DNA of 35,210 nt, taken from NCBI GenBank assembly GCA_900128395.1, contig LT649344.1, positions 1 to 35,210 of the forward strand, given 5' to 3'. A model generated the notes under the pieces. It did no database searches. It was not told the origin of the DNA and worked only from the letters and a program-made list of their open reading frames with translations. This DNA comes from Stramenopiles sp. TOSAG23-2. Lineage: Eukaryota. This document shows positions 10,383-21,605 of this stretch, piece after piece. A program made the position numbers and the translations under genes. Every line of letters starts with the position of its first letter. Within the stretch, counting starts at the first letter, position 1.

Positions 10383-10589
10383 CCATCGTTTTTACATAAA
10401 TTCAGGGCAGGGGTCCTTGCCTTTCACGGCACTTGGCACTATTATTTATTTGCCGGTGGTCCACTTCGTACTTATTATATACTAAATACAATAATATACC
10501 TATCAAATATACAATGGTTGTGGTATATTGGCCATCGTTTTTACATAAATTCAGGGCAGGGGTCCTTGCCTTTCACGGCACTTGGCACT
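10383..10589 (+). repeat. 58-bp direct repeat pair
   Basis: 10383-10440 is identical to 10532-10589. Confidence 0.85.
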
Positions 10590-10735
10590 TTAAATATATA
10601 CGTCATATAATAATAATAATAATAATGCAATAATCAATAGAAATATGTTAAATAAGAACATATTGTAGATGTTAAGATAGTATAAATTACGATCAACAGA
10701 ATATCATATAACATACAATAACCATTATTATTATT

Positions 10736-12514
10736 ATGGGAAATAAACAAAATGGCCCAACAACTTCTATCGACTTATCAAACGGGAATTTAGGTATTAA
10801 TAATAGTAACGAAAATGTTGGTAATCGCCAAAGAACCATTTCCGGTGGATTACAACGGCGATTGTCAAATGCACAAGGTCGTCCTGTATTTAACATGAAA
10901 ATCATCGTTCGCGGTCTGCGTGGCACTGGTAAATCAGCGTTACTGAGACGGTTACGAAACAAGCCTTTTGAAACGGAATACATCCCAACGCCTGAAATTG
11001 ATGTTGTCAATGTATCGTGGTCGTACAAAGCAACTGATGAATTAATTAAACTTGAGGCCTGGGAAATAGTTGATAAGGCTATTGTTGACAGGAAGGACTT
11101 GTACAGTCCACCGCCGCCATCGAAAGATGGTGATTCCATGATGACACGTATTAGACGCTCAGTGACGTCACCGACATCATCGTGGGAATCGACAAAAACT
11201 CAAACCGGTAGTCATCGCGTAGGTGCCCTTGATGCAAGTATGATTGACGTCTATAAATCAACGTCTGCAGTTGTCTTTCTGGTAGATCCACGGAAGCCGG
11301 AAACTTTAGATTATGCCGTACAGGAAGTGCCAAAAGTACCCAATGAAGTGATGTGTGTTGTTTTAATTAACTTCAAGGATATGGTGCATAATCAACCGAC
11401 CCTTGTAAAAATTCATCCATCTGATTTGCAGCGATTGGCATATGCTGCACAACATTTAGATATTGTAGTTTTTGAATGCTGTTTAAAAGATTGTTATGGG
11501 TTGAAAACGTTGCATAATTATTTAAATCTTCCATTTTTAGCTTTGAAAGAAAAAGCAATTGCAGAAAAATTGAAGCGAGCACAGGAAGAGCGTATATTTG
11601 CAAAAGAAGAAATTAATACATACATACAGGAAAGTAATTATATTAATCATTTGGATTATTTAAATGCTACCAGCCCAAAATTAAGTGCAACGCAAAAATT
11701 GCAACAAAACTTAGCAACACAAGACCATTATAACAATAATAAAGATCAAAACAATAATCAGCAAGTACAAATGCCTACTAAATTTAATTTAAATGCAAAT
11801 ATGGATGGTCTTGAAAAAAATATAGACTTAAATGTTGATGATATAGCAGCCATGGATGCATTTTTTGCTGAAAATGGTGATGAGTTAAATAATTTGGATG
11901 ATTTTTTTGGTGAGAAAAGTGCAATTATTAAACCAACACCTGTCATTCCAACTAATCGCAATAACATTCAAAATAACAATGATGATAATATTACTGACAT
12001 GGCTGACAACAAGATCGACCAAAATAATTTAGATGTAAAAAATCCTTTCTTGGATGAGGATGAAGATGGCAAATTTCCAACCATTGGTATCAGTATTAAT
12101 GATAAGATTGATATCCATGATATCAATTCCCCATCATTTAAAGGCGATGATAAAGAGGAAATGCAAGAAGTGGAGGAAATTCAAGATGGGTTACTGATGA
12201 CTGAAAACTTTAATGAAAATGATTGTAAAAATGAATTAGGTAATAATTTGTCTGAGGCAGCGAAAACTGTTATTTTAAATGCGTCAAAGTTCCAGGATGA
12301 TTTTGTTGATTCGGATGGTAGTAGGGAAGATGGCAATGAAAATGATGTTGTTGATGAAAAGAAGAAAAAGAAAGATAAAAAGAAAAAGAAAGAAAAGAAA
12401 TTTAAGAAAGACAAAGGTAAAAAATTAAAAAAAGAAAAGAAAAGAAAGAAGAAAAAAGCAAAGAAAAAAGGTAATACTTCGTCTGAGTCAGATTATGATA
12501 ATGACGATTTGTAG
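10736..12514 (+). CDS. RABL6: Rab-like protein 6 (RABL6/PARF) GTPase (592 aa)
   Basis: NMKIIVRGLRGTGKS P-loop, EYIPTPEI, WSYKATDELIKLEAWEIVDK, LDASMIDVYK and YGLKTLHNYLNLPFL match RABL6; Lys-rich C-terminal tail. Confidence 0.9.
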   Translation: MGNKQNGPTTSIDLSNGNLGINNSNENVGNRQRTISGGLQRRLSNAQGRPVFNMKIIVRGLRGTGKSALLRRLRNKPFETEYIPTPEIDVVNVSWSYKATDELIKLEAWEIVDKAIVDRKDLYSPPPPSKDGDSMMTRIRRSVTSPTSSWESTKTQTGSHRVGALDASMIDVYKSTSAVVFLVDPRKPETLDYAVQEVPKVPNEVMCVVLINFKDMVHNQPTLVKIHPSDLQRLAYAAQHLDIVVFECCLKDCYGLKTLHNYLNLPFLALKEKAIAEKLKRAQEERIFAKEEINTYIQESNYINHLDYLNATSPKLSATQKLQQNLATQDHYNNNKDQNNNQQVQMPTKFNLNANMDGLEKNIDLNVDDIAAMDAFFAENGDELNNLDDFFGEKSAIIKPTPVIPTNRNNIQNNNDDNITDMADNKIDQNNLDVKNPFLDEDEDGKFPTIGISINDKIDIHDINSPSFKGDDKEEMQEVEEIQDGLLMTENFNENDCKNELGNNLSEAAKTVILNASKFQDDFVDSDGSREDGNENDVVDEKKKKKDKKKKKEKKFKKDKGKKLKKEKKRKKKKAKKKGNTSSESDYDNDDL

Positions 12515-12707
12515 TTAACTATCACAGATGATCGCTATGTAAAATAATAGAGATATACAAATCGCGACTATTAAAACTTGCGCTTATCATAATCGTTTCG
12601 CTTTAAAATGTACATTGGGCGAGGCTGGCCGATGACTTGTATCCTGTAAAATTTATTCCCCATCTTCCTAAGAGGTACCTTTTTTATATCAACTGACAAT
12701 TCTGGAG

Positions 12708-13095
12708 GTTGATACGATCTATTTACCTCCATTAATATTTTCTTTAATGAGTAGTATTGACACGCTATAGTATATAAGAGATAAATTATTGCCTCAGTTA
12801 CATGATTCTTTTGAAGAGTACGAAGAAGAGTAGGAAATATCATTTGAGAAAGTATAATTTTAAAAAAATTTAAATTAAAAAATATCATATCATACGTCGT
12901 ACGATCGTAATATTTAAATATATTTATAGTTTACAGTTTACGTATAAAAGTGACCAATCAATCATCCGTTTCGCTCAACATTGCTGATTACCAAATTTGC
13001 GTATGAAAAAATCAGATCAACGGCGTTATGGATGCTAGTAGGAATTATCATGTGAGTAAATTAAACAATAAATTTATGCGTAAATTAAATTATAT
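12708..13095 (+). repeat. Dispersed tail-to-tail spacer repeat, copies B (12708-12870) and C (13037-13095, partial)
   Basis: GTTGATACGATCTATTTACCTCCATT...GCCTCAGTTA...TTCTTTTGAAGAGTA...TAGGAAATATCA, and AGTAGGAATTATCATGTGAGTAAATTAAA...TTATGCGTAAATTAAATTATAT. Confidence 0.8.
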
Positions 13096-13168
13096 TTTTT
13101 CTACTCCCATGACAATTTCCTAATCTCAAAAGAATACAGAAGTGCCTGAGCAGATATTGTAAAACTTT

Positions 13169-15070
13169 TTAAAACTTTCTTGTATTACCTTTTTTCGCTT
13201 CTGTTATTGTGAAAGTAAACCTTTGCCTTTCTTCTACACCCGCAGTCCTCAAATATTTTTGTCTTAAATCAATATTTGACATACTATGTTTCAACTCTTT
13301 CCTTGATGCACGAATATCAGAATTGCATGATCGAACTTTAAATTTATATTTCGCTTTTAAATCTTTCATTATTTCACGCATTTCAGTGACACGCGCTGCT
13401 GCTGTTGGTAATCTATATGATTTACGTGGTGGACCAGAGCGCTTAAGGGATAAAGGGCTAGTATGCCCATGGGATGTAGTACTTTTCTTCATTTTTTTTG
13501 ATGTTTTATAAGTCTTACCAATTAAGAATTGTTCAACCAACGGGCTTACACCAGAATTAGCTGCGCTGGATGCACTTTTCTGCAAATTACCTGCAGGTAT
13601 CCATAATGCTTGACCGGAGAAAAGTAACGATGCCTGTGGGCCTTTTGCCTTTGTTTTCGATTTGCTTGTGTTAAACATGCTTAGAATTTTGCTATTATTG
13701 CCTTTCACTTTTGTTGCACCTTCATCATCATCGTCCTCGCTATCTCCCTTTCTTTTTATTATTAAAACCTCCCCAAACAATGTTGAACTCATTAAATTGG
13801 CTGATTCAGGCAATAAATCCATACCAGTTAACAAAGATGACATGTATTGAAAAGTATCTAATTTGAAAGTAGTTTGCGTTGCATCATACATATTTCTAGA
13901 TCCAGGACAATGATAATAAAATGCCATTCCGACAGCATATGAAATTGCGTAAATATAATATTTAAAAAAAATGGCTTTGTGTGTCTCCTTTGTCACTGAA
14001 TCCATTAACTGTACATATAATGCTGCTAAACTATCTGTTATTTCGTGTAAAACATCACCACTATTGTTTTGAAAATATTTACAGTGAGTAGCCCAATAAC
14101 ATTGTTCAAAAACTCTAATAGACGGTTCTGATGGGAGATATTTGTGTAAAATTGTCTCTGCGTATGCACCCTCTTGTAAATCAATCGTATGGGCTGTATA
14201 CATTAAAGTAGAGAGCGAATCCAACGAAAACGGCGCGCCACCATCCATTGTATAAAATTCATCATGTCCAGTAGCAACGGAACGTGTTGAATATCTATCA
14301 GCTAATGCTTGTAATTTTTTTCTAGCATCTCTGGCATGCGCAGCTCTTTTTCTAGCTCTAGCTTTGATAGCCTTTTCTTTTTCGTCTATTTTGTCTTGTC
14401 TTAATTTAGCCAGTTTTACCATTTGATCTAATGTTTGCTTGTTTCTAAATTTATTAGCAGCAGATTTAAAACTTAGCTTATTTTTACTTTTTGATAATCT
14501 GTCTATTGCAGATACTTTTTTTACACCTGATTTTCTTCGTTCCATTATTTCCTTCCGCTTTTTCGCCTCGCGTTTTGCCTTTAGTTTTGCCTCCATCTCT
14601 GCACTACCCCTGGTGCCTTTGAAATGAGTTCTTAAGTCGTACATATCTGTCCCTTTTTTGACGTCAGTTGAAATAGGATCTTGACCGCCGTTCAAACGTT
14701 TTGCTAGTTGTTCTAACGAATCTACTTTAGCTAATAAGTTCCTTCTAGTTTTTTTAGACATTCCAGGCCCTTTATGATCTGACATTTTTAAATATTTGTA
14801 CGCCAAGTCTAAGACGTTATAATCTGTGCTTATATCATCTTTTAAAACACTTTGAATTCTATTGGTTGTCATTTTGAAATCATCTATCTTTGCAATCATT
14901 AATTTAGTCATTTCAGCTGATAATTCTTCTTTCGCGTCTATGCTATCAGGCTGTGCTTGTGACATTAACGCTTTCATAGAGTCGTCTATGTGAACTAATG
15001 CTGTCAATCCTTCTTTTGGTCCTTTTCTGATAGAACCGACACCCAGTGTTGATATTAATGATTCCGACAT
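13169..15070 (-). CDS. FAM227-family (FWWh domain) protein (633 aa)
   Basis: FEQCYWATHCKYFQ, LAALYVQLM, FFKYYIYAISYAVGMAF..PGSR..FK..LLTG and GVSPLVEQFL resemble the FAM227/FWWh core; coiled-coil N-terminus. Confidence 0.7.
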   Translation of the reverse strand: MSESLISTLGVGSIRKGPKEGLTALVHIDDSMKALMSQAQPDSIDAKEELSAEMTKLMIAKIDDFKMTTNRIQSVLKDDISTDYNVLDLAYKYLKMSDHKGPGMSKKTRRNLLAKVDSLEQLAKRLNGGQDPISTDVKKGTDMYDLRTHFKGTRGSAEMEAKLKAKREAKKRKEIMERRKSGVKKVSAIDRLSKSKNKLSFKSAANKFRNKQTLDQMVKLAKLRQDKIDEKEKAIKARARKRAAHARDARKKLQALADRYSTRSVATGHDEFYTMDGGAPFSLDSLSTLMYTAHTIDLQEGAYAETILHKYLPSEPSIRVFEQCYWATHCKYFQNNSGDVLHEITDSLAALYVQLMDSVTKETHKAIFFKYYIYAISYAVGMAFYYHCPGSRNMYDATQTTFKLDTFQYMSSLLTGMDLLPESANLMSSTLFGEVLIIKRKGDSEDDDDEGATKVKGNNSKILSMFNTSKSKTKAKGPQASLLFSGQALWIPAGNLQKSASSAANSGVSPLVEQFLIGKTYKTSKKMKKSTTSHGHTSPLSLKRSGPPRKSYRLPTAAARVTEMREIMKDLKAKYKFKVRSCNSDIRASRKELKHSMSNIDLRQKYLRTAGVEERQRFTFTITEAKKGNTRKF

Positions 15071-16103
15071 TGTTAAGTAGTAATGTCTTTCTGTGCCTTT
15101 AAAAAATGTGTCTTAACTTTTTGACTAATAGTTATATTATGTAATGGATTCAAAGACCTTGCAGTAATATATTATTCTACCATTATGTAAAATAATAATA
15201 AAAATGTATATGGCACTATGCCAGTATGTAGAAAGTAATAATGCTTATTATTATGAAAGGGTTATTGCTGTTATTATTGTAGACTATCCTATAATACTAT
15301 AATATTAGCTTACTTAATAGTACTGTTCGGAATAATAAGGCCTGTGTTGCTGGTGTGATAATTATTTAGATATATACTCTCCGCGACAAAAGAAACGCTA
15401 CTCAAGTACAATTTGGAAAAATCCTAAATCTAAATAACAGTAACAAAAATATATGCATTAGTTTACATAATTAGTAAGATGATATCTAATTATGGTCATT
15501 TTCCGTACATTCATTATACTGTATCATTTTAATTTAGAATTTAGATCATCCAAACGGATACTTCCCTTCTCCTTATACGTAGAGTACAGTATCAGCTACA
15601 TGTATATCTAGATCTAAAGTCCTTAAGGACATAGTACTATTATACGCTTCGGTCGTATTATTAGAGAAACAAGATAGAAACACACTCAGGGCAGGGAATA
15701 AAATAAATACCACAGTATTAATAATAGCACAATATAGCTATAGCCATGGCTAGCTAGCTGGCTAGCTCTAGCCAGCTATAATATTGCGCCAGCTACTGTA
15801 GCTGCCTATTATAATAGCTAATATTAATTATAATAGTGCAATACCTGCGCTGGTAAAAAATATAATAAATATTTTATTATTGCACTACCTGGTATTATTA
15901 TTGCAGCGCTATTATTATTATTTATTATTATTATTATACAGTATTATTATTATTATTTATTTGTTGATATTATTATTTTATATTATTGTATAAACAACAA
16001 TATTATACAACATATGCATTTTCAACTTCATATTTGAAGCTGTTTAGTGCATCTCAATAAAATTAGATATTGTACATAAAACAAAATCTTGGTATTTTTT
16101 CTT

Positions 16104-19082
16104 ATGGAACGGCTCCCTACTCCAACCGATGATTTCTATTTTCCAAAAGAACATCAAGAGGACTTTGTAGAAACGGCGCATTCGTATATAATTGATAAAA
16201 ACAACAACTACGTTAACCACTTTATTGATCAAACAGGGCCTACCTTATTTGGTAGAACTCGAGCGAGACACTATGTAAAAAAAGAGTTGACACGAATATA
16301 CTCCAAAGAAACTGATAGGGTTCCGAAAGCTGTTCAAACAATAACTTCGCCTATCAAAAGCTCGGCCCGTATAACAGCAGCTACTTGGGAGCGTGAAAAT
16401 AATGAAGAAGAACGTGACGGGGGACAATGGATATTTGATCCTTTTATAGAAAGGGAAAAAAAAAATGCTAAACTCTATCCAGCATCTCGTGATGATATTT
16501 TATTATTAACAAAATCATATGATTCTATGTTAATTCGATGGGCGAAACAATTACCAAGACCACCCGGGGAAATGTTACGCACTGCGCTAAACACAGCTAG
16601 TGTACAAACATTTTTGGAAGTGTTACAGCCGGAACTAAGAATGACCCAAAGTATAGAGCGAGAGCTGTTAGATCAAATTACTGTCGTGTGCTTTGAAAGA
16701 GGCGATTTAGCTGGTAGGTTATACCGTCGATATAGACGATATGTTAAAGGATTGATACGCCTGGCAAAAAATATACAAATAGAACGGGCCCGCGTTCAAG
16801 AATTTATACCACAGGTAAGAGAAAATAGAAAAATTCTAATGAATGCGGTTGATGAGTTAGAGTCACAAGCAAAAAAGGCAATCGAAACAGATGAACTATT
16901 AGATTGGTCAACTTTTGAAAATTTATGCAAAATATTAGCAACAAATGGTGGTGATATGGAGTTACCAACATTGCGGCGTTTGGAAAAATGCGTTGTTGCT
17001 TTACAGACCGGTAGAAACCAACAACGTGATCTGTATGTATTAGAAAGAGAAAAATTATTAAACTTAGAGAGGAAAATTGATGAAGAGCGCATTAAAACAG
17101 TTGAACAAACAAAGCTAATGACAAAAAAAGTTATAGCATTAGAACATCAAGATTCCGTTACATCATCAATCAGGGAAAATAGAATTCAATTAGCCGTACA
17201 AGATGCCTATCAGCGTGCAAATAGTATAGCACAAGCTACCATTGATAGGCTAGAACAAGACAAAGCTAGATTGAATATGGCCGTGTTAATGGCAAGAAAA
17301 CAGATGGCACAATATAAATTTGAGAATGATAAGGAAAGCTGGGATTTCACTGTTCAGTGTACGCCTGAAATTATGCTTGTTGAGATTGCGGAGGCAAAAC
17401 GAGCTGCAAAAGAGGGGAAAAAAGGAAAGAAAAAAGATAAGAAAAAAAATGATGATGGCAGTAAACGAAAAAGAAATAAGAAGAAAAAAGGCGACGTGGT
17501 TGCCAACGAAGAGCTCCAGAAAGCGCTAAAAATGGTAAATGAACAAAACATAAAAATAAAAGAACTAGAAAAATTAGAAGCAGAAAAGGATCAACGCATA
17601 GAGAAATTAGAAGCCAATTTGAAAGCGTTTCAAGAAAACGCTTCCGTAGTTAGTGTAATGAAAGTAGTCGAAACAAGCGATGGTGGAGAAAGTTCTAATG
17701 CACAAATACAAATGCAACAACAGCAAAGCAAATATCAACAACAAGATCCTCCGTCTAGACCAGATACCCCAACAAATATGGAAGATGCAGAAACCCAATA
17801 TGACGAAGAAGATTTAAAGTTAGCGTCGAAAAAGAAAAAGAAAAAAGTCGAGACAAAAAAGCGACGCCCAAGACGAAAAAAAGGTGGCGTAGTTGGCAAA
17901 TCGGCTGATTTAGCGCCAATTGAACCAGATCCAGCCGCCGATATACGGTGGGCATCCCGTTGGTTCTCATTTATACTAAGCCAAGCATGTCATCCATCTC
18001 CGATAGGTCTTCAGAAAAAAGAGTTATTCCAAGATTTTGCTCGTCGCATCGTTATGGTCAGAGCAGGTACTCAAGCATTCGGTGATTTGATATTAGGGCA
18101 TCTTGCTGCAATAGCGAAGGAGCACAGTGTAAATAGTTCAAGAATGAATCATTTACAGCTGCTGCTAGGTATGAAAAGCTTTCCTCGCGTTGATGATGGA
18201 AGTGTAGATATAGGTGAAGATACATTAGCTACGGAGTGGTGTCTAATTGTTTGTAATTTAATTTCACGTTTACATTTTGGAGATGAGAAGCCCATGTTAC
18301 CGTATGCTGAACATGCTGCAGTGCCCGTGTCTCATGCAATAAAAATTGTTCAGGAAGTGATGAAGCGCGCACAAATATCAAACCAAGCTGTAGATGCCGT
18401 AAAATCAGAGTTAACTGCTACCGCAGAACTGTCTGCCCATCACCAAGTAGAATATGATGTTATATTAGATGCGGTAAAACGAGAATGGTTGCAACAATTT
18501 GGTAGACGTAATATGCAAAATGCAGCACGTTACAATATGGCAATAAAAGAAATTAATGTCTTCAAAACATCTGAAGCTATTGATATGTTACATCGCCAAG
18601 ATAGTAAACAAAGTAAAGAAGATGCTTTCCAAACATACATGAAAGCTATGAATTTGATCAGGAAACCGAGTTCCATCGCTTCTACGAAATCAAATGTAAC
18701 TAGAAGCCCGCAGGTAGATGTGCGTGTGTTCATATCAGCTGTGTTAAGGGCAAAATGGCTATTAACAGATGCAGAACCAAGATGGTTAGAATTACCTGTA
18801 GATCCATTAAAATCAGACGAGGATGATCTGTTCTTAATAAGTGAAACATGGAATGCAATTAAACGTAAAATGACAAACGTTATGGCTAAGTGTGAAGATC
18901 AAGGTACACTGCGAAAATTAGCTGTTCGCATGAGAATAGAATTAGCCGATGCATTGCATAATGCCAAACACCCCGACGAGGATGAAATCGTTGATGAGGA
19001 TATGAAAAATGATGATAATGAAAGAATGTGGGACCTACTATGTGAAATTGGTTCTGTTGTAGTGAATCAAGCTAAAGTGTGA
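16104..19082 (+). CDS. Axonemal dynein light chain domain-containing coiled-coil protein (AXDND1-like, 992 aa)
   Basis: PASRDDILLL and ELLDQITVVCFERGDLAGRLYRRY resemble the Ax_dynein_light motif ELIRQV...C.ERG.LL; long coiled coils. First ATG is 16104. Confidence 0.65.
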   Translation: MERLPTPTDDFYFPKEHQEDFVETAHSYIIDKNNNYVNHFIDQTGPTLFGRTRARHYVKKELTRIYSKETDRVPKAVQTITSPIKSSARITAATWERENNEEERDGGQWIFDPFIEREKKNAKLYPASRDDILLLTKSYDSMLIRWAKQLPRPPGEMLRTALNTASVQTFLEVLQPELRMTQSIERELLDQITVVCFERGDLAGRLYRRYRRYVKGLIRLAKNIQIERARVQEFIPQVRENRKILMNAVDELESQAKKAIETDELLDWSTFENLCKILATNGGDMELPTLRRLEKCVVALQTGRNQQRDLYVLEREKLLNLERKIDEERIKTVEQTKLMTKKVIALEHQDSVTSSIRENRIQLAVQDAYQRANSIAQATIDRLEQDKARLNMAVLMARKQMAQYKFENDKESWDFTVQCTPEIMLVEIAEAKRAAKEGKKGKKKDKKKNDDGSKRKRNKKKKGDVVANEELQKALKMVNEQNIKIKELEKLEAEKDQRIEKLEANLKAFQENASVVSVMKVVETSDGGESSNAQIQMQQQQSKYQQQDPPSRPDTPTNMEDAETQYDEEDLKLASKKKKKKVETKKRRPRRKKGGVVGKSADLAPIEPDPAADIRWASRWFSFILSQACHPSPIGLQKKELFQDFARRIVMVRAGTQAFGDLILGHLAAIAKEHSVNSSRMNHLQLLLGMKSFPRVDDGSVDIGEDTLATEWCLIVCNLISRLHFGDEKPMLPYAEHAAVPVSHAIKIVQEVMKRAQISNQAVDAVKSELTATAELSAHHQVEYDVILDAVKREWLQQFGRRNMQNAARYNMAIKEINVFKTSEAIDMLHRQDSKQSKEDAFQTYMKAMNLIRKPSSIASTKSNVTRSPQVDVRVFISAVLRAKWLLTDAEPRWLELPVDPLKSDEDDLFLISETWNAIKRKMTNVMAKCEDQGTLRKLAVRMRIELADALHNAKHPDEDEIVDEDMKNDDNERMWDLLCEIGSVVVNQAKV

Positions 19083-19396
19083 AATATATATTTTTGATAT
19101 ATGACCCGGTTTATCTGAGAGAGAGCTTTTCTGGCCCAAAATGGACAAAATAAATAGACAAATTTGTACATGCACACGAATGAATATATACAAATTTTCA
19201 CACGAATATACCACATGTATATCATATGCTTATAGTACGCTTCGTATGCATAATAATTATGCTATGCATATCATATATATGCATATATGATATCTTATAT
19301 ATATATATATATATACGAAAACCATATAATTGTACCCTGGTACAATTTATTCTCCGCCTTCCTATGATGCCCATTTTCCATCAGCTATTATGAGTA

Positions 19397-19550
19397 GTTG
19401 ATACTATCTATTTACCTTCATTGGTATTTTCGATTATGAGAATATCAACACACTTGTGTGAGATAGATTATTTCAGTTATTGTATTCTTTTGAAGAGTAG
19501 GAATTATCATGAGTAAATTAAAAATAAATTATGCGTAAATTAAATTATAT
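19397..19550 (+). repeat. Dispersed tail-to-tail spacer repeat, copy D (most complete)
   Basis: GTTGATACTATCTATTTACCTTCATTGG...ACACACTTGTGTGAGATAGATTATTTCAGTTATTGTATTCTTTTGAAGAGTAGGAATTATCATGAGTAAATTAAAAATAAATTATGCGTAAATTAAATTATAT. Confidence 0.85.
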
Positions 19551-19738
19551 ACGAAAACCATCAATATATGATACTCGTATATAATTTTCTCTTATACTCT
19601 CATACGAAGGTATATTATACGTATATAAATAAATACGTTAAATTATAATTATATCATACTCTTTCGTGTTAATATATGATACGCGCGTATTTTAAAATCA
19701 TTTTTTTTTAATATATTTCTACTCGTAAATTAAAGTAA

Positions 19739-20042
19739 TATTTCTACTCGTGATTAGACCTATCATACTCTCAAATATGATACGCGCATTTTAATGGAGC
19801 GAAATTGCTCAAAAATCTCTGAGCGCTGTTTTTTAAAAATAATAGAAGCTGGAGAAATGATATTTCTACTCGTGATTAGACCTATCATACTCTCAAATAT
19901 GATACGCGCATTTTAATTTTTTATTTCTACTCGTGATTAGACCTATCATACTCTCAAAGGCACATAGTTTTTCTAAATGGAGCGAAATTGCTCAAAAATC
20001 TCTGAGCGCTGTTTTTTAAAAATAATAGAAGCTGGAGAAATG
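19739..20042 (+). repeat. Interleaved short duplications at a gene 3' end
   Basis: TATTTCTACTCGTGATTAGACCTATCATACTCTCAAA occurs 3 times (19739, 19861, 19922). 19793-19859 duplicates 19976-20042. Confidence 0.85.
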
Positions 20043-20807
20043 TTAAATACGCCTTGCATTTGCACAATGCGGCTAATAACTGTCTTTTTTTTCAGTGGTG
20101 TAAATACTTGCTTTTCTTCTTTACCGAAAATTACAGTTTCAGGATTTGTAGAAAAATATGAAAAATAGGCTTCTTCTTCATCAATATTTTTTGAGACTTC
20201 GGTTAGATCAATTGTTTCATCAATCTTAAGGTTCGTAATTATTGTTGGTGAAGATGTATTTTTGTCATCAGTTGTTCCCATGTTTAATTGCATCTCTTCT
20301 TCGCTGGTTTTGCTCTTCGTTTTATAGTTGGCATGTCTATAGCTTTGTCTAGATGTATAGTGCTGTTTTTGAGTACTATTATTAGTGTTATTTTCAATGC
20401 CTTTTCCGCTGTTATCATTGTAGTTATGAGAACTTCGTCTATGTGTCTTTTTTACATATTTTTTTCTTTTGTAAGTATCATTATATTTGCTGTTTTTGAG
20501 TACTATTATTAGTGTTATTTTCAATGCCTTTTCCGCTGTTATCATTGTAGTTATGAGAACTTCGTCTATGTGTCTTTTTTACATATTTTTTTCTTTTGTA
20601 AGTATCATTATATTTTTTTATACTGCTTAAGTTATCATGGTAGTTAATTTGGTTTGTGTTTTCATCGTTTGCACTGTCATTGCCGTTATATCCGGTCGTA
20701 TCATCTTTCTCGTTGCCGTTGCGCCGATGTTTACTATATCTTTTATAATGCCGATAACGGTGACGAGATGGTCTACTGTTATGTTTCCTTGAAACGCCTA
20801 ATACCAT
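19973..20807 (-). CDS. Hypothetical basic low-complexity protein (~235 aa), split in this sequence by a 127-bp duplication
   Basis: ORFs 20481-20807 and 19973-20545 share sequence because 20361-20487 is repeated at 20488-20614. Removing one copy gives a single 708-nt ORF. Confidence 0.6.
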
Positions 20808-21359
20808 AATAAATTGAAGTGTGTTTAATATTACAAAAGTTTCTTAAAAAGTAAGGAATATCTTGATTATGAATATGTTGATATATTTATATTTCCATAT
20901 GCTTTGTTTCTAATTTCTTTTCTTCTCTTTCTTTTAGAAAGATAGATAATAGCGGGCGTCAATAAATATGCAAAAAAAATATTAATTTATCGATATCCAG
21001 ATCATTATGCACATGCTAATGCATGCATGCACATATCACCTTTTGATCACATGGTTGCACACTGGCACACCAGGCACACATCAGCCAGGTGGACAGCTGC
21101 ACAGCCGGCTGGCCCTGTGGCTGGACACATCAGCTGGACAGAGGTACAACAGCAAATCATGGGGAAACGTCTCCCTCAAAATGATGCCGCGCAAAACGCT
21201 CATAAAAAAACAAAACACACAGCAGAGCGCAAAGAATGCCGGAATGCGGAATGCGAATCGAAGAATAATAAAATATATAGAAATCACGTAATAATCTCGT
21301 GCTATAAGATTTAATTTTTTTTTTTTTTTTTACTATTTACACACACACTTTCGTATATA

Positions 21360-21605
21360 TATATAGTACATTATGATGTGATGCATATTTTACACAAATA
21401 TTCACCCTCTTCTCCTGTTACTTTGCCATACTATCATTAAAAACTTTTCTAATTTCATTAATAACTTTAACTTCAATATTGCTATATAGTACATTATGAT
21501 GTGATGCATATTTTACACAAATATTCACCCTCTTCTCCTGTTACTTTGCCATACTATCATTAAAAACTTTTCTAATTTCATTAATAACTTTAACTTCAAT
21601 ATTGC
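21360..21605 (+). repeat. 123-bp tandem duplication covering the LRRC45 3' end
   Basis: 21360-21482 repeated at 21483-21605. Confidence 0.9.

Noticed and set aside
12571-12888. 105-aa minus-strand ORF
   Set aside because: It overlaps the antisense of spacer repeat copy B and has no recognisable protein features.
15741-15752. TAGCCATGGCTA as an RFX X-box between ciliary-type genes
   Set aside because: It lacks the GTT/AAC ends of an X-box and is part of the AGCT-rich island.
21007-21314. Plus-strand 94/95-aa ORFs that would restore perfect strand alternation
   Set aside because: They run through a CAGCTG/CTGG-rich promoter-like island and have atypical composition. Unsupported without transcripts.
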